A stretch of DNA of 64,000 nucleotides, taken from positions 4,135 through 68,134 of the forward strand of contig JBPCLI010000015.1 of assembly GCA_051003415.1 (NCBI GenBank), read 5' to 3'. Below are positions 20,024 to 28,888 of this stretch, in pieces. The position numbers and the translations under genes are program-made. Numbering within the stretch: the stretch's first letter is position 1; every line of letters starts with the position of its first letter. Source of the DNA: Chthoniobacterales bacterium. GTDB taxonomy: Bacteria; Verrucomicrobiota; Verrucomicrobiia; Chthoniobacterales; UBA10450. A model generated the notes under the pieces. The model did not search any database, was not told the origin of the DNA, and saw only the letters and a program-made list of their open reading frames with translations.

Positions 20024-20767
20024 ATGCATCGTAAACTCTTTCCTGCGATCGCTCTGGCGATCGTCGCCAGCGCTTCGTTCGTTCTCGCCCAAACTCCCGC
20101 GCCTGGCGAGACTCCGGGCGCATCGGCTTCTCCGGCAAAACATCGCAGCCATCGGAAGGAAGCTTCCCCAACGCCTGTAACCGAGGTAGCGAAGGAATCT
20201 CCGACACCAATCCGGACTCGGAAGCAAAAGGAGAAGTTGACAAAGACCGAGGCGACGGCGGCCAGCCCAGCGGAGAGCCCGGCCGCATCGCCCGTCAAGC
20301 GCAGCCGCAGTCGGAAGGAAAAGGAGGCCACTACTGGGACAGAGAAGACCGCCGCCAGTCCCATGGAGAGTCCGGCCAGTTCTCCTGCCAAGACAAGCCG
20401 GAAGAAATCCGGCGGGCCGGCCACCGTTCCGACCCAGCCTTCCCCCGTCGTCACGCCGCCGACCGCTCCCGTTCCGGTCGCGACCGCTACGCCAAAGCGA
20501 GATATGCTCGGGCGCTTTTTCAACAAACCGACTCCCACGCCAATGCCGCGCGTCGCGGCGACGCCGGCCGAGGCGAGTGAGCCAATGCCGCCCGCGCTGG
20601 CTTCGCCGATCCCAGGCGGCGGCGGTGGCCTCGTCTGGGTCAACGAGGCAACCCATATCTATCACAAAGAAGGCTCGCGCTATTACGGTCGCACGAAGAA
20701 GGGCAAATACATGAGCGAAGCCGAAGCGACCGAAGAAGGAAATCGGGCCGCGGCCGGCAGTCGTTAG
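20024..20767 (+). CDS. Secreted Pro/Thr/Ser/Ala-rich protein with a conserved C-terminal module
   Basis: Signal peptide MHRKLFPAIALAIVASASFVLAQ and a long low-complexity region. The C-terminus is VWVNEATHIYHKEGSRYYGRTKKGKYMSEAEATEEGNRAA. Confidence 0.6.
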   Translation: MHRKLFPAIALAIVASASFVLAQTPAPGETPGASASPAKHRSHRKEASPTPVTEVAKESPTPIRTRKQKEKLTKTEATAASPAESPAASPVKRSRSRKEKEATTGTEKTAASPMESPASSPAKTSRKKSGGPATVPTQPSPVVTPPTAPVPVATATPKRDMLGRFFNKPTPTPMPRVAATPAEASEPMPPALASPIPGGGGGLVWVNEATHIYHKEGSRYYGRTKKGKYMSEAEATEEGNRAAAGSR

Positions 20768-20933
20768 GCAACGATTTCCAGGTCGAGTTCCCGCCCCGGG
20801 GGGCGCCGGGCCGTCGCTCGAAAAGGGGCGTCTTCGAAATATTCTTCCCGGGGCCCCCGATTTTCTCTTTCTGTTCTCTTTGCGCCGGGATTGCGCCGCC
20901 AGCCGCTTTCCGATACAAGCGGCTCACTTCTTC

Positions 20934-21536
20934 ATGCCCAAACCTTGCATCGTCATCGGCATTACCGGTGGCATCTCCACTGGCAAATCGACTTTCTCTC
21001 GGCTCTTGCGCGATCTGACGGCGGCGCCTCTTTTCGATGCCGACCGCGCGGCGCATAGCCTAACGGATAACGACCCGGAGGTTCGCCGCCTTCTGCGCGA
21101 GGAATTCGGGGACACGATTTTTTCTGCGGACGGCGTGTTGAATCGCGCCGCACTTCGAGCGATAGTATTTGCCGAATCGGAAAAGAAGCGCGCGCTCGAG
21201 CAAATCCTCCATCCGCGCATCCGCCGGCAGTGGTCCACTGCGGCGGAGGAAAGCCGCCAGTCCGGCCACCTTTTCCTGGCCGATATCCCACTCCTTTATG
21301 AAACCGAAGGTGAATCTTTATGCGATCGCGTTGTGGTCGTCGCCTGTTCCCATGCCATCCAGCAGCGACGCCTGATGGCTCGCGCTCACCTCGATTCCGC
21401 CGCCTCTCTCGCCATGATTCAATCGCAAATGCCGCTCCCACAAAAAATCGCCCGCGCCGATCACCTGATCTGGAATAACGGGGCGCTCTCCGTCCTAGAA
21501 GCGCAGGCCGAAATGCTGGCGCGGTTCTGGAACTAG
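20934..21536 (+). CDS. coaE: Dephospho-CoA kinase
   Basis: P-loop IGITGGISTGKST. Length ~200 aa. LLYETEGESLCDRVVVV is typical of CoaE. Confidence 0.9.
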   Translation: MPKPCIVIGITGGISTGKSTFSRLLRDLTAAPLFDADRAAHSLTDNDPEVRRLLREEFGDTIFSADGVLNRAALRAIVFAESEKKRALEQILHPRIRRQWSTAAEESRQSGHLFLADIPLLYETEGESLCDRVVVVACSHAIQQRRLMARAHLDSAASLAMIQSQMPLPQKIARADHLIWNNGALSVLEAQAEMLARFWN

Positions 21537-21541
21537 ATACC

Positions 21542-22879
21542 ATGGACGACCAGGCTCTTACCGCCCCCGACGACATTTCTGATTCCGCCGAACCGGTGCC
21601 AGCCCCTAACGAGCCGACGCCGCAAGTGTTCGATTTGCCGCTCCTCCAGGATCTCAGTCCGACGGCCCTGCAGGAATTATTTTCCCGCTTCCAACTCCAT
21701 CCCAATCCCGGCCGGACGCGGCACCAGTCGCTGGTCGATCTTATGCGCCACCTCATCTCGCGCGGCCATCTCGTCCGCACGAGCGGCTTCCTGGAGTTAC
21801 CTCATGAGAGTCCGGCGATGCTGCGCTCTCCCCGCCTCAATTTTCTTCCCCTCCCGGAAGACATCGGCGTGCCGCATCATCTTATCCGCCACTTCGGCCT
21901 CCGGCCTGGGCAGTCTTTGAATGGGACGATTCGCCTCCCGCGCGATCGCGAGAAAACGCTCATGCTCGATCATGTGATCTCGATCGAAGATCAACCGACC
22001 GACCAATGGAAAGCGCCGACCGCGTTCGACAATCTGACGCCGCTCTACCCAGAGGGCCGGATCATGCTGGAGAACAATTCCGCTGATTCCGCCTGCGTGC
22101 GCGCGGTCGATCTGCTCACGCCGCTCGGGCGCGGCCAGCGCGGCTTGATCGTCGCTCCGCCGCGGGTCGGCAAAACGATCCTCCTCAAGCAGATCGCCAA
22201 GGCGATCCGCAAGAATCATCCCGACATCGTGCTCATCATCCTGCTCGTGGACGAGCGACCGGAAGAAGTGACCGATCTGCAACGCGAGGTGGATTGCCAG
22301 ATCTACAGCTCGACCTTTGACGAACCGCCGACCCGCCACGTCCAGGTCGCGGAGCTGGTAAGCGAGCGGGCGAAGCGCCTCGTCGAGCAAAAGAAGGATG
22401 TCGTCCTCCTGCTCGACAGCATTACGCGGCTGGCGCGCGGATATAATTCGCTCGTCAAAGGCAAGGGCCGCACCATGTCGGGCGGCGTGGAAGCGAAAGC
22501 CTTGCTCAAACCGAAACGATTTTTCGCCGCAGCCCGCAACGTCGAAGAAGGCGGCAGCCTAACGATTCTCGCGACCTGCCTGATCGAGACCGGCAGCCGG
22601 ATGGACGAAGTGATTTTCGAAGAGTTCAAGGGAACCGGGAACATGGAACTGCATCTCGACCGCTCGCTGGTCGAGAAACGCCTCTACCCTGCGATCCACA
22701 TTTTGCAGTCTGGCACCCGGCGCGAAGACCTGCTTTATCATCCCGAGGAGTGGGCCCGCGTGCAGTTGTTGCGGAAGGCGATGGCCGCCCTTCCGCCACT
22801 CGAAGCGATGGAGCAGTTGATCAAAAATCTGCACGCGACGAAATCGAACGCTGAACTCTTGCTCGCAGGTCTCCGGTGA
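21542..22879 (+). CDS. rho: Transcription termination factor Rho
   Basis: RIMLEN...[26 protein letters not shown] (Walker A), [33 protein letters not shown]. Confidence 0.95.
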   Translation: MDDQALTAPDDISDSAEPVPAPNEPTPQVFDLPLLQDLSPTALQELFSRFQLHPNPGRTRHQSLVDLMRHLISRGHLVRTSGFLELPHESPAMLRSPRLNFLPLPEDIGVPHHLIRHFGLRPGQSLNGTIRLPRDREKTLMLDHVISIEDQPTDQWKAPTAFDNLTPLYPEGRIMLENNSADSACVRAVDLLTPLGRGQRGLIVAPPRVGKTILLKQIAKAIRKNHPDIVLIILLVDERPEEVTDLQREVDCQIYSSTFDEPPTRHVQVAELVSERAKRLVEQKKDVVLLLDSITRLARGYNSLVKGKGRTMSGGVEAKALLKPKRFFAAARNVEEGGSLTILATCLIETGSRMDEVIFEEFKGTGNMELHLDRSLVEKRLYPAIHILQSGTRREDLLYHPEEWARVQLLRKAMAALPPLEAMEQLIKNLHATKSNAELLLAGLR

Positions 22880-23925
22880 TTGCGTCCGATTCACAACTCA
22901 CGGAAATCCTTCCCAGCCTCCGCCGCTTCGAACGCGTCGCGGTCGATACCGAGGCCGACAGTCTGCACTGCTATTTCGAAAAGTTGTGCCTGATCCAGCT
23001 CACTTTCGACGGCCAGGATATTCTCGTTGATCCCCTCGCCCAGCTCGATCTCCAGCCGCTCTGCACCGCGCTCGCCGAGCGCGAGATCATTCTGCAAGGG
23101 ATGGATTTCGATCTGCGTCTGCTCCGGCGCACGTTTAAATTCCCGGTCAACCAGGTTTTCGACACCGTGATCGCGGCCCGCATGCTCGGTCTGAAGGAAT
23201 TCAGTCTCGCCGCACTCGTGCAGCAATATTTCGATGTGACTCTGGCAAAGGGCTCGCAGAAGGCGAACTGGGCACGCCGCCCACTCCCGCAGGCGATGGC
23301 CGAATACGCGAAAAACGACACCCACTTTCTCATCCCGCTGGCAGCGAAAATGGAAGAGCAAATGACGACCCTCGGACGCATGGACTGGTTCCGCCAATCC
23401 TGCCAGCGGGCTCTCGAGCAGACACTCGTCTCGCGGGAACGCGACCCGGACGAAGCCTGGCGCATCACCGGCAGCGGAACCCTTCCGCCGCAGACCGGCG
23501 CTGTCCTGCGCGCCATTTGGCAGTGGCGCGATCGCGAGGCGCGGCACGCCGACCGGCCTTCGTTTCACATTCTGCAAAACAGTGCCATGATCGAAGCCGC
23601 GAAAGAATTCGTCGCGGGAGAGACGCCGGATTTCCGGCATTTGTCGGAGCGACGCCGGCAAGGTTTTCTCGAGGCGGCGCGCGAAGCCCTGGCTTTGCCG
23701 GAATCCGCCTGGCCGCAAAGGCTGCCGCGGATGAGCCGGACGCGGACGCCGGGATTCGACAAAAAAGTAGAAGAGCTGCGGCGGCGGCGCGATCACCGCG
23801 CGAAGGAACTCGCGCTCGACCCTGCCTTCATCGCCCCGCGCAGCGCGCTCGAGGGCATCGCCGCCGACCCGACGCGGAGCCAGGCGCTGCTCGTGCAATG
23901 GCAGCGCGATCTGCTCGGACTTTAA
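22876..23925 (+). CDS. rnd: Ribonuclease D-like 3'-5' exonuclease with HRDC region
   Basis: DEDD exonuclease motif VAVDTEADSL, YAKNDTHFL, and a C-terminal HRDC-like segment. 4-nt overlap with rho. Confidence 0.85.
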   Translation: MIASDSQLTEILPSLRRFERVAVDTEADSLHCYFEKLCLIQLTFDGQDILVDPLAQLDLQPLCTALAEREIILQGMDFDLRLLRRTFKFPVNQVFDTVIAARMLGLKEFSLAALVQQYFDVTLAKGSQKANWARRPLPQAMAEYAKNDTHFLIPLAAKMEEQMTTLGRMDWFRQSCQRALEQTLVSRERDPDEAWRITGSGTLPPQTGAVLRAIWQWRDREARHADRPSFHILQNSAMIEAAKEFVAGETPDFRHLSERRRQGFLEAAREALALPESAWPQRLPRMSRTRTPGFDKKVEELRRRRDHRAKELALDPAFIAPRSALEGIAADPTRSQALLVQWQRDLLGL

Positions 23926-23936
23926 TTCGTTAGGCG

Positions 23937-24119
23937 TTACTGCTGGGGCGTGGGCAGACCTTCCGCCGCGGCCGTCGTCCCCGGCGCCGTCTTTTTCTGC
24001 TGGATCGCGTTGTAGGGCCCGGCGTCATCGCTCGGGTTATAAAGGTCGCGCCGGTTCGACAGCGTCGTACAGGAAGTCGCGCCGATCGCGAACAGGCACA
24101 ACAGGAGAAGTAATTTCAC
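23937..24119 (-). CDS. Small lipoprotein
   Basis: 60 aa. MKLLLLLCLFAIGATSC has a lipobox. Confidence 0.5.
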   Translation of the reverse strand: MKLLLLLCLFAIGATSCTTLSNRRDLYNPSDDAGPYNAIQQKKTAPGTTAAAEGLPTPQQ

Positions 24120-24204
24120 GCCGGCATCGAATCAGACAGGCTCGGGGGTGTCAACGCGCCTGAGAAACCGATTGCGCCCGGCCCGCCTTCGCGGGAAGTT
24201 CGCT

Positions 24205-24302
24205 CTCCGTCAGGGGCTATGGACTGAGGACTAACGAACCCCGCCAGGGCAGGAATGCAGCAACGGTAGTCTGATTCTCTTTGCCGTAGTCCTCTGGCGG
24301 TC
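24205..24302 (+). ncRNA. ffs: Probable signal recognition particle RNA (4.5S-type)
   Basis: Domain IV signature read directly: AGG-GCA-GGAA-UGC-AGCA (24246-24262), i.e. a GNRA tetraloop, 3-bp stem and AGG/AGCA symmetric loop as in E. coli 4.5S RNA. A 10-bp closing helix CCGUCAGGGG (24207-16) / CCUCUGGCGG (24291-300), plus the CUAUGG/CCGUAG and GGACUA/UAGUCU helices, give one ~100-nt hairpin followed by a U-rich tract. Confidence 0.55.
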
Positions 24303-24330
24303 TTTCTTTTACGCAACCCGATCGTCTCCC

Positions 24331-24618
24331 ATGAAATTGCTCAAGGTGAAGTCGAGCCGCTTTAGCGCAGTCGTCGAGGCCGCTGGCCCGCCGCAGGTTT
24401 ATACCCTCTGGCAGGCGCCGGAAAAGGATCGGCACCTCCAGTCCCAGGTCCGGCAGAACCGCGTCCTGTCGATCCAGCGCTCGGAAAGCGGCTCGGATTT
24501 CGGCACCGTCGGTCTCGCGAAACGGAAAGGCGCGATTCATCTCGTCTTCCCGAAATCCTTGAAGCGTTTCGCGGATCAGCGGATCGTGGGCATCAAATGG
24601 GAGCTGGTCAAAAAATAG
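24331..24618 (+). CDS. Hypothetical small protein
   Basis: 95-aa ORF with very high GC3, clearly better than the overlapping antisense ORF 24217..24540. No family recognised. Confidence 0.5.
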   Translation: MKLLKVKSSRFSAVVEAAGPPQVYTLWQAPEKDRHLQSQVRQNRVLSIQRSESGSDFGTVGLAKRKGAIHLVFPKSLKRFADQRIVGIKWELVKK

Positions 24619-25784
24619 CGACGCCCTTGCCTAACGAGACGTCGGCGACCGGATTGAGCGAGGATGAACGCCGGCGCTATTCCCGGCACATTATGTTGCC
24701 GGAGATCGGCGTCGCCGGCCAGGAACGTCTGAAAGCGGCGCGCGTCCTTTGCCTGGGCGCGGGCGGGCTCGGGTCGCCCGCCGCCCTTTATCTCGCGGCC
24801 GCGGGCGTTGGCACGATCGGATTGGTCGATGACGACCGGGTCGCGCTCTCAAATCTGCATCGCCAATTGCTCCATGGGGCGAAGGACGTCGGCCGTCCGA
24901 AAACCGAGTCGGCGCGCCAGCGCCTGCGCGATGTGAATCCGGAGATCGACGTGCGCCTTCACTCGTGCCGTTTCGAGAGCGGGAACGCGGAAGAGATCTT
25001 GCGCGATTACGATTTGATCGTGGACGGGACGGATAATTTCGCCACCCGCTACCTTTCCAACGACGTCGCTGTCTTCGCGCGCAAGCCTAACGTTTACGGC
25101 TCGATCTTCCGTTTCGATGGACAGACGACCGTCTTCGCGCCTCACCTCGGCGGACCATGTTATCGCTGCCTTTTTCCTGAACCGCCCCCGCCCGGCGCGG
25201 TCCCTAGTTGCGCGGGGGCCGGCGTCCTCGGCGTGCTCCCGGGAATTGTCGGGACGATGCAGGCGACTGAGGCGCTCAAGCTGATTCTCGGGATCGGCGA
25301 ACCGCTCGTCGGCCGTCTGGTCCACTTCGATGCCCTGAAGATGAAATTTCGCGAGTTTAACCTGAAGCGCGATCCGGAATGTCCGGTTTGCGGCGATCAC
25401 CCGACGATCACCGAGCCGATCGATTACGAAATGTTCTGCCACGGCGCGCCCGATCCAACGCAGGCCGTCGCGCAGATCCAGGTGTGCGAACTGGACGAGC
25501 GGATGCGCTCGGGCCGGCCCTTCATCCTGCTCGATGTGCGGGAGCCGTTCGAATTCGAAATGGCGCGGATCGAGGGCGCGAGTCTGATTCCGTTAGGCGA
25601 ATTGCCGAACCGCTCGCGCGAACTGGACCGCGAGAAAGAGATTTTTGTTATCTGTCACAGCGGAGTGCGAAGCGAACGGGCCGCCGAGTTTCTGCGCTCG
25701 AATGGATTTCCCAAAGTCGTGAATGTCGCGGGCGGGATCGATGCGTGGTCGGAGGAAATTGATCCTGATGTTCCGCGTTACTAG
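24597..25784 (+). CDS. moeB: MoeB/ThiF-type adenylyltransferase (E1-like) with C-terminal rhodanese domain
   Basis: RYSRHIMLPEIG, GAGGLGSP, Zn-binding CYRC...CPVC, and a C-terminal rhodanese loop ICHSGVRS. Confidence 0.9.
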   Translation: MGAGQKIATPLPNETSATGLSEDERRRYSRHIMLPEIGVAGQERLKAARVLCLGAGGLGSPAALYLAAAGVGTIGLVDDDRVALSNLHRQLLHGAKDVGRPKTESARQRLRDVNPEIDVRLHSCRFESGNAEEILRDYDLIVDGTDNFATRYLSNDVAVFARKPNVYGSIFRFDGQTTVFAPHLGGPCYRCLFPEPPPPGAVPSCAGAGVLGVLPGIVGTMQATEALKLILGIGEPLVGRLVHFDALKMKFREFNLKRDPECPVCGDHPTITEPIDYEMFCHGAPDPTQAVAQIQVCELDERMRSGRPFILLDVREPFEFEMARIEGASLIPLGELPNRSRELDREKEIFVICHSGVRSERAAEFLRSNGFPKVVNVAGGIDAWSEEIDPDVPRY

Positions 25785-26463
25785 TTCCGCCCGGCGCGTC
25801 CTCCTTGGATGCCTCCTCTCGTTAGGCATGCTGGCTTCCTGCAATCGGATGATCATTCCGCGCCAGGTCCAACTGGGAAAGGATGCGGATGCAAAAACGG
25901 CCGAGGGCAGCTACGCGGAGGCGATTAACCTCTACGAAGCGGCCCTCGATGGAACCCCGGGCTCGGCCGACGTGCACTACAAGCTCGCGCTCATCTACGA
26001 CGACAAGATGAACGACCCGCTCAATGCGCTGCATCATTTCAAGCGCTTCCTCGCGCTCGAGCCGACCGGGAAACGCGCCCAGGAAGTGAAGGGCTTCATG
26101 AAACGTGACGAGCTGACCTTGCTCACGAGTCTGACCGGCGATTCGATGGTGCCACGCTCCGAGCTGGTCCGGCTGAACAATGAAAACCTGAGCCTGCGCA
26201 AACAAATCGGGGAAGGATGGGCCAAGGAAAAGGCGATGAACGCGGCCGATAAAGCCGCTCACGCGAAACGCCCGCCTAACGAGAAGATAAAGCGCACCGG
26301 AAAAGAGCACAGCTACACGGTGCAACGGGGCGACACCCTCGCATCGATCTCGCGCAAGTTTTACAAGAGCTCGGCCCGCTGGCAGCGAATTCTCGACGCC
26401 AATTCCGATATCCTGACCAAGCCGGGCGATTTGAAACCGGGACAGATGCTGGTTATCCCCTAG
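25768..26463 (+). CDS. Lipoprotein with TPR-like region and C-terminal LysM domain
   Basis: Lipobox LGMLASC. LysM: YTVQRGDTLASISRKFYKSSARWQRILDAN...GQMLVIP. Confidence 0.75.
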   Translation: MFRVTSSARRVLLGCLLSLGMLASCNRMIIPRQVQLGKDADAKTAEGSYAEAINLYEAALDGTPGSADVHYKLALIYDDKMNDPLNALHHFKRFLALEPTGKRAQEVKGFMKRDELTLLTSLTGDSMVPRSELVRLNNENLSLRKQIGEGWAKEKAMNAADKAAHAKRPPNEKIKRTGKEHSYTVQRGDTLASISRKFYKSSARWQRILDANSDILTKPGDLKPGQMLVIP

Positions 26464-26475
26464 CCGCTGATTCCT

Positions 26476-26560
26476 AATGTGGAAGGGGCCCTTGTGCCCC
26501 GATCTCTGAAGGCTACGCTTTGGCTGCGGACGATCGGGGCGCGAAGGCCCCTCCCACATT
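26476..26560. repeat. REP-like double-hairpin palindromic element, copy 1
   Basis: AATGTGGAAGGGGCCCTTGTGCCCCGATC ... GATCGGGGCGCGAAGGCCCCTCCCACATT. The two arms are imperfect inverted repeats, and each contains a GGGGC-N6-GCCCC hairpin. A near-identical second copy lies at 41476..41546. Confidence 0.85.
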
Positions 26561-26605
26561 GCGTGACGGCGGTTGGTTTTCGATTACCTTAGTAATTCTG
26601 TGCGC

Positions 26606-27514
26606 ATGAAAGCCATCGAACGAATTGCTCCCGACGTCGGCTGGCAGCCGATTAGTTTCGTCAACGCGTATCTGGTTGGCCATCCGGGCGAGCCGTGGGC
26701 CTTGGTCGACTCCGGCTTACCGGGACGCGCCGAACAGATTTTCGCCGCGGCCGAGGCGCGTTTTGGCGCGGGCTCGCGACCGGCGGCGATTTACCTGACG
26801 CACGGCCATTTCGATCACGCGGGATCGGCCCGGCAGTTGGCGAAGAAATGGGAGGTCCCAATTTTCGCGCACCGGATGGAACTCCCGTTTGTCACTGGAC
26901 GCTCCGATTATCCGCCGCCGGATCCGACCATCGGCGGCGCCATGGCGTTTCTCTCCCGCTTCATGCCCCACCGGACGCGAGACCTCGGCAAGCGAGTCCG
27001 GGAACTGCCTAACGAGGACCTTCCGGGACTGGCGGGCTGGGAGTGGATCGCCACGCCCGGGCATTCTCCCGGGCACGTTTCATTTTTCCGCAAATCCGAC
27101 CGTGTCCTGCTGGCGGGCGATGCTTTCGCGACCATGAACATGGATTCCTGGATCGGGCTGGCGAGTGGAAAAAAAGGGCTGGCTCGCGCCGGCGCGCCAT
27201 TCAACATGGATTGGCGGGCGACCCGCGAGTCGGTTCAAAAATTGGCGGACCTTCGGCCTAACGTTGTCGGATGCGGTCACGGAATTCCGATGGGGAACGC
27301 AACTTTGCCTGATCGGTTGCAGCGCTTTGCGGAACGCTTCGAGCGGCCGCGCCACGGGCGTTATGCCGACGCGCCGGCCGTGGTGAGCGAATCGGGTGTG
27401 GAGTCACTTCCCCCGGCGCCATTCGATCCGGTGCCGCTCGCCACCGCCGGAGCGTTACTCATCGCGGGGGTCGCGCTCGGTTCCGGCTACATGGAAGACC
27501 GGTTGAGCGATTAA
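26606..27514 (+). CDS. MBL-fold metallo-hydrolase
   Basis: HxHxDH motif THGHFDHAGS, a later TPGHSPGH, and GHG near the C-terminal third. Confidence 0.85.
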   Translation: MKAIERIAPDVGWQPISFVNAYLVGHPGEPWALVDSGLPGRAEQIFAAAEARFGAGSRPAAIYLTHGHFDHAGSARQLAKKWEVPIFAHRMELPFVTGRSDYPPPDPTIGGAMAFLSRFMPHRTRDLGKRVRELPNEDLPGLAGWEWIATPGHSPGHVSFFRKSDRVLLAGDAFATMNMDSWIGLASGKKGLARAGAPFNMDWRATRESVQKLADLRPNVVGCGHGIPMGNATLPDRLQRFAERFERPRHGRYADAPAVVSESGVESLPPAPFDPVPLATAGALLIAGVALGSGYMEDRLSD

Positions 27515-27951
27515 CCGGGCGAGACTGCTCGTTAGGGCAACGGAACCCGCCATCTCCCTGACCGGGCGAATACGGTAGCGGTCAGACCCCGGTGCGAAGC
27601 TGCGTGACCAAGCACGACAACCCTCCGGTGCGAACGGTCATGCCGTCTTGCACCCCATCGCTCACCGTCGCGGGCCGCGGCGCAGCGGTTTTGGGAAGAA
27701 GCCTAACGTCTTTGATCACATGCTTGACGCGCGCTTCCTTCAACCTGGCCGCGCTCGCCGGCCCTCACGAAACAGGCGAGCGGCAGGATGAGACAGAGAA
27801 CCTTGAATGAGTTCGAAATTTTGAATGGGAATTCGCGCGGCTGGAGGGTCATCCTCATGTCGCGATGAAGCAGGAGCCGCGCGACAGGGTCAAGGATGCT
27901 CCGGCCGCCAGCGGGCATCCGATCAGACGTCGAACTTCGTAGCATGACCGA

Positions 27952-28758
27952 ATGTTTCCTTTACCCACTAAAACTTTTCCGGTGGATGCCGAGGCATTGC
28001 GCGCCGCCCTCGAAGAAAGCATCCTCCGCTTCGTTAGGCCAATCGGTCTAATCGTAACGGTAGAAGATGCCGGTTATCCGAAACTGGCGGCGATCCGCCT
28101 TTCGCTCGATGGCGCGAGTGCGGGAGAACGACAGCCGCCGCGACCGCTCCCCCCGGTCGGCCCGGTCGAGCCCGGATTGCGGGTTGAAGATTTCCAGGTC
28201 AGCGGGCGACCAATCATCGTGCAGCGGGCAAAGGTAGAACTCACCTGTTCCGCGCGCGACGTTCAATTCAACCAGGGACGAGACCGGGATGGGAACGTGC
28301 TCCTGCTTCTCCAGGAGGCCACCAACGGCCGGGTGGAAGTTGCAATCGCGCTGAGTGATCTCGAAGACCTCGTGCTCGGAGGCGCGCGAACGGAAGCGGC
28401 GAAGCAGGGCGTGAAAGTGGAAAGCGTCCGGATCGAGCTGCAGGCCAGTTCCGAGCGCGCGCTCGAGGTGATCGTATACGTGAGCGCGAAGAAGCTCTTT
28501 CTCAACGCCGCCCTCCGGATCAGCGGAAGCGTGGCGATTGACGGGCAATTGAACGCCCGTCTCGCCGGATTGAAATGCGCCGGTGAAGGAGCTCTCGGTA
28601 CGCTGGCCTGCGGCTTCGTCGCTCCTCATCTCGCACGCTTTGACGGACGCGAATTTTCGCTCCTCGCCCTGCCCTTGGGCGAAGTGAAGTTGCGCGATGT
28701 GCGGATCGCGGCCGGTCGCGAACTTCGGGTGACGGCGCAGTTTGGCCGTCCCGCCTAA
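27952..28758 (+). CDS. Hypothetical protein (possibly DUF2993/LmeA-like)
   Basis: 268-aa ORF with high GC3. The family call is only a weak impression. The TAA stop lies inside a GCCTAACG motif copy. Confidence 0.5.
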   Translation: MFPLPTKTFPVDAEALRAALEESILRFVRPIGLIVTVEDAGYPKLAAIRLSLDGASAGERQPPRPLPPVGPVEPGLRVEDFQVSGRPIIVQRAKVELTCSARDVQFNQGRDRDGNVLLLLQEATNGRVEVAIALSDLEDLVLGGARTEAAKQGVKVESVRIELQASSERALEVIVYVSAKKLFLNAALRISGSVAIDGQLNARLAGLKCAGEGALGTLACGFVAPHLARFDGREFSLLALPLGEVKLRDVRIAAGRELRVTAQFGRPA

Positions 28759-28803
28759 CGAATCGAAAATCGTGCCCGGGTCTTCCTACCCCTGAACGCA
28801 AGA

Positions 28804-28839
28804 AAGGACGGGCTCGCTCGGGAAAGCGAACCCGTCCTT
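28804..28839 (-). terminator. Stem-loop between convergent genes (likely terminator for 28889..29680)
   Basis: AAGGACGGG/CCCGTCCTT 9-bp stem plus an inner TCGC/GCGA. On the minus strand it is followed by TTTCTTGCG. Confidence 0.5.
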
Positions 28840-28845
28840 CTGCCG

Positions 28846-28870
28846 TCCTGCCGCCCTTCGGCGGACAGGA
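28846..28870 (+). terminator. Stem-loop between convergent genes (likely terminator for 27952..28758)
   Basis: TCCTG(C)CGCC-CTTC-GGCGG(A)CAGGA hairpin followed by AATTATT. Confidence 0.45.
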
Positions 28871-28888
28871 AATTATTCGTGCTCTGGA

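Noticed and set aside
24217-24540. 107-aa minus-strand ORF upstream of moeB
   Set aside because: The overlapping + strand ORF 24331..24618 has a markedly better G/C-ending codon pattern across its whole length. The 3' part of the minus ORF runs into the SRP-RNA-like region.
25822-26559. 245-aa minus-strand ORF beginning MWEGPSRPDRPQ
   Set aside because: It starts inside the REP-like palindrome and runs antisense to the well-supported TPR/LysM lipoprotein gene.
27515-27951. Possible small secreted protein on the minus strand (MRMTLQPREFPFKISNSFKVLCLILPLACFV..., from 27857) or the + strand ORF 27592..27810
   Set aside because: Both are short and overlap each other. Coding statistics are poor and no family is recognisable. 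The region is left as an unexplained 0.4-kb spacer.
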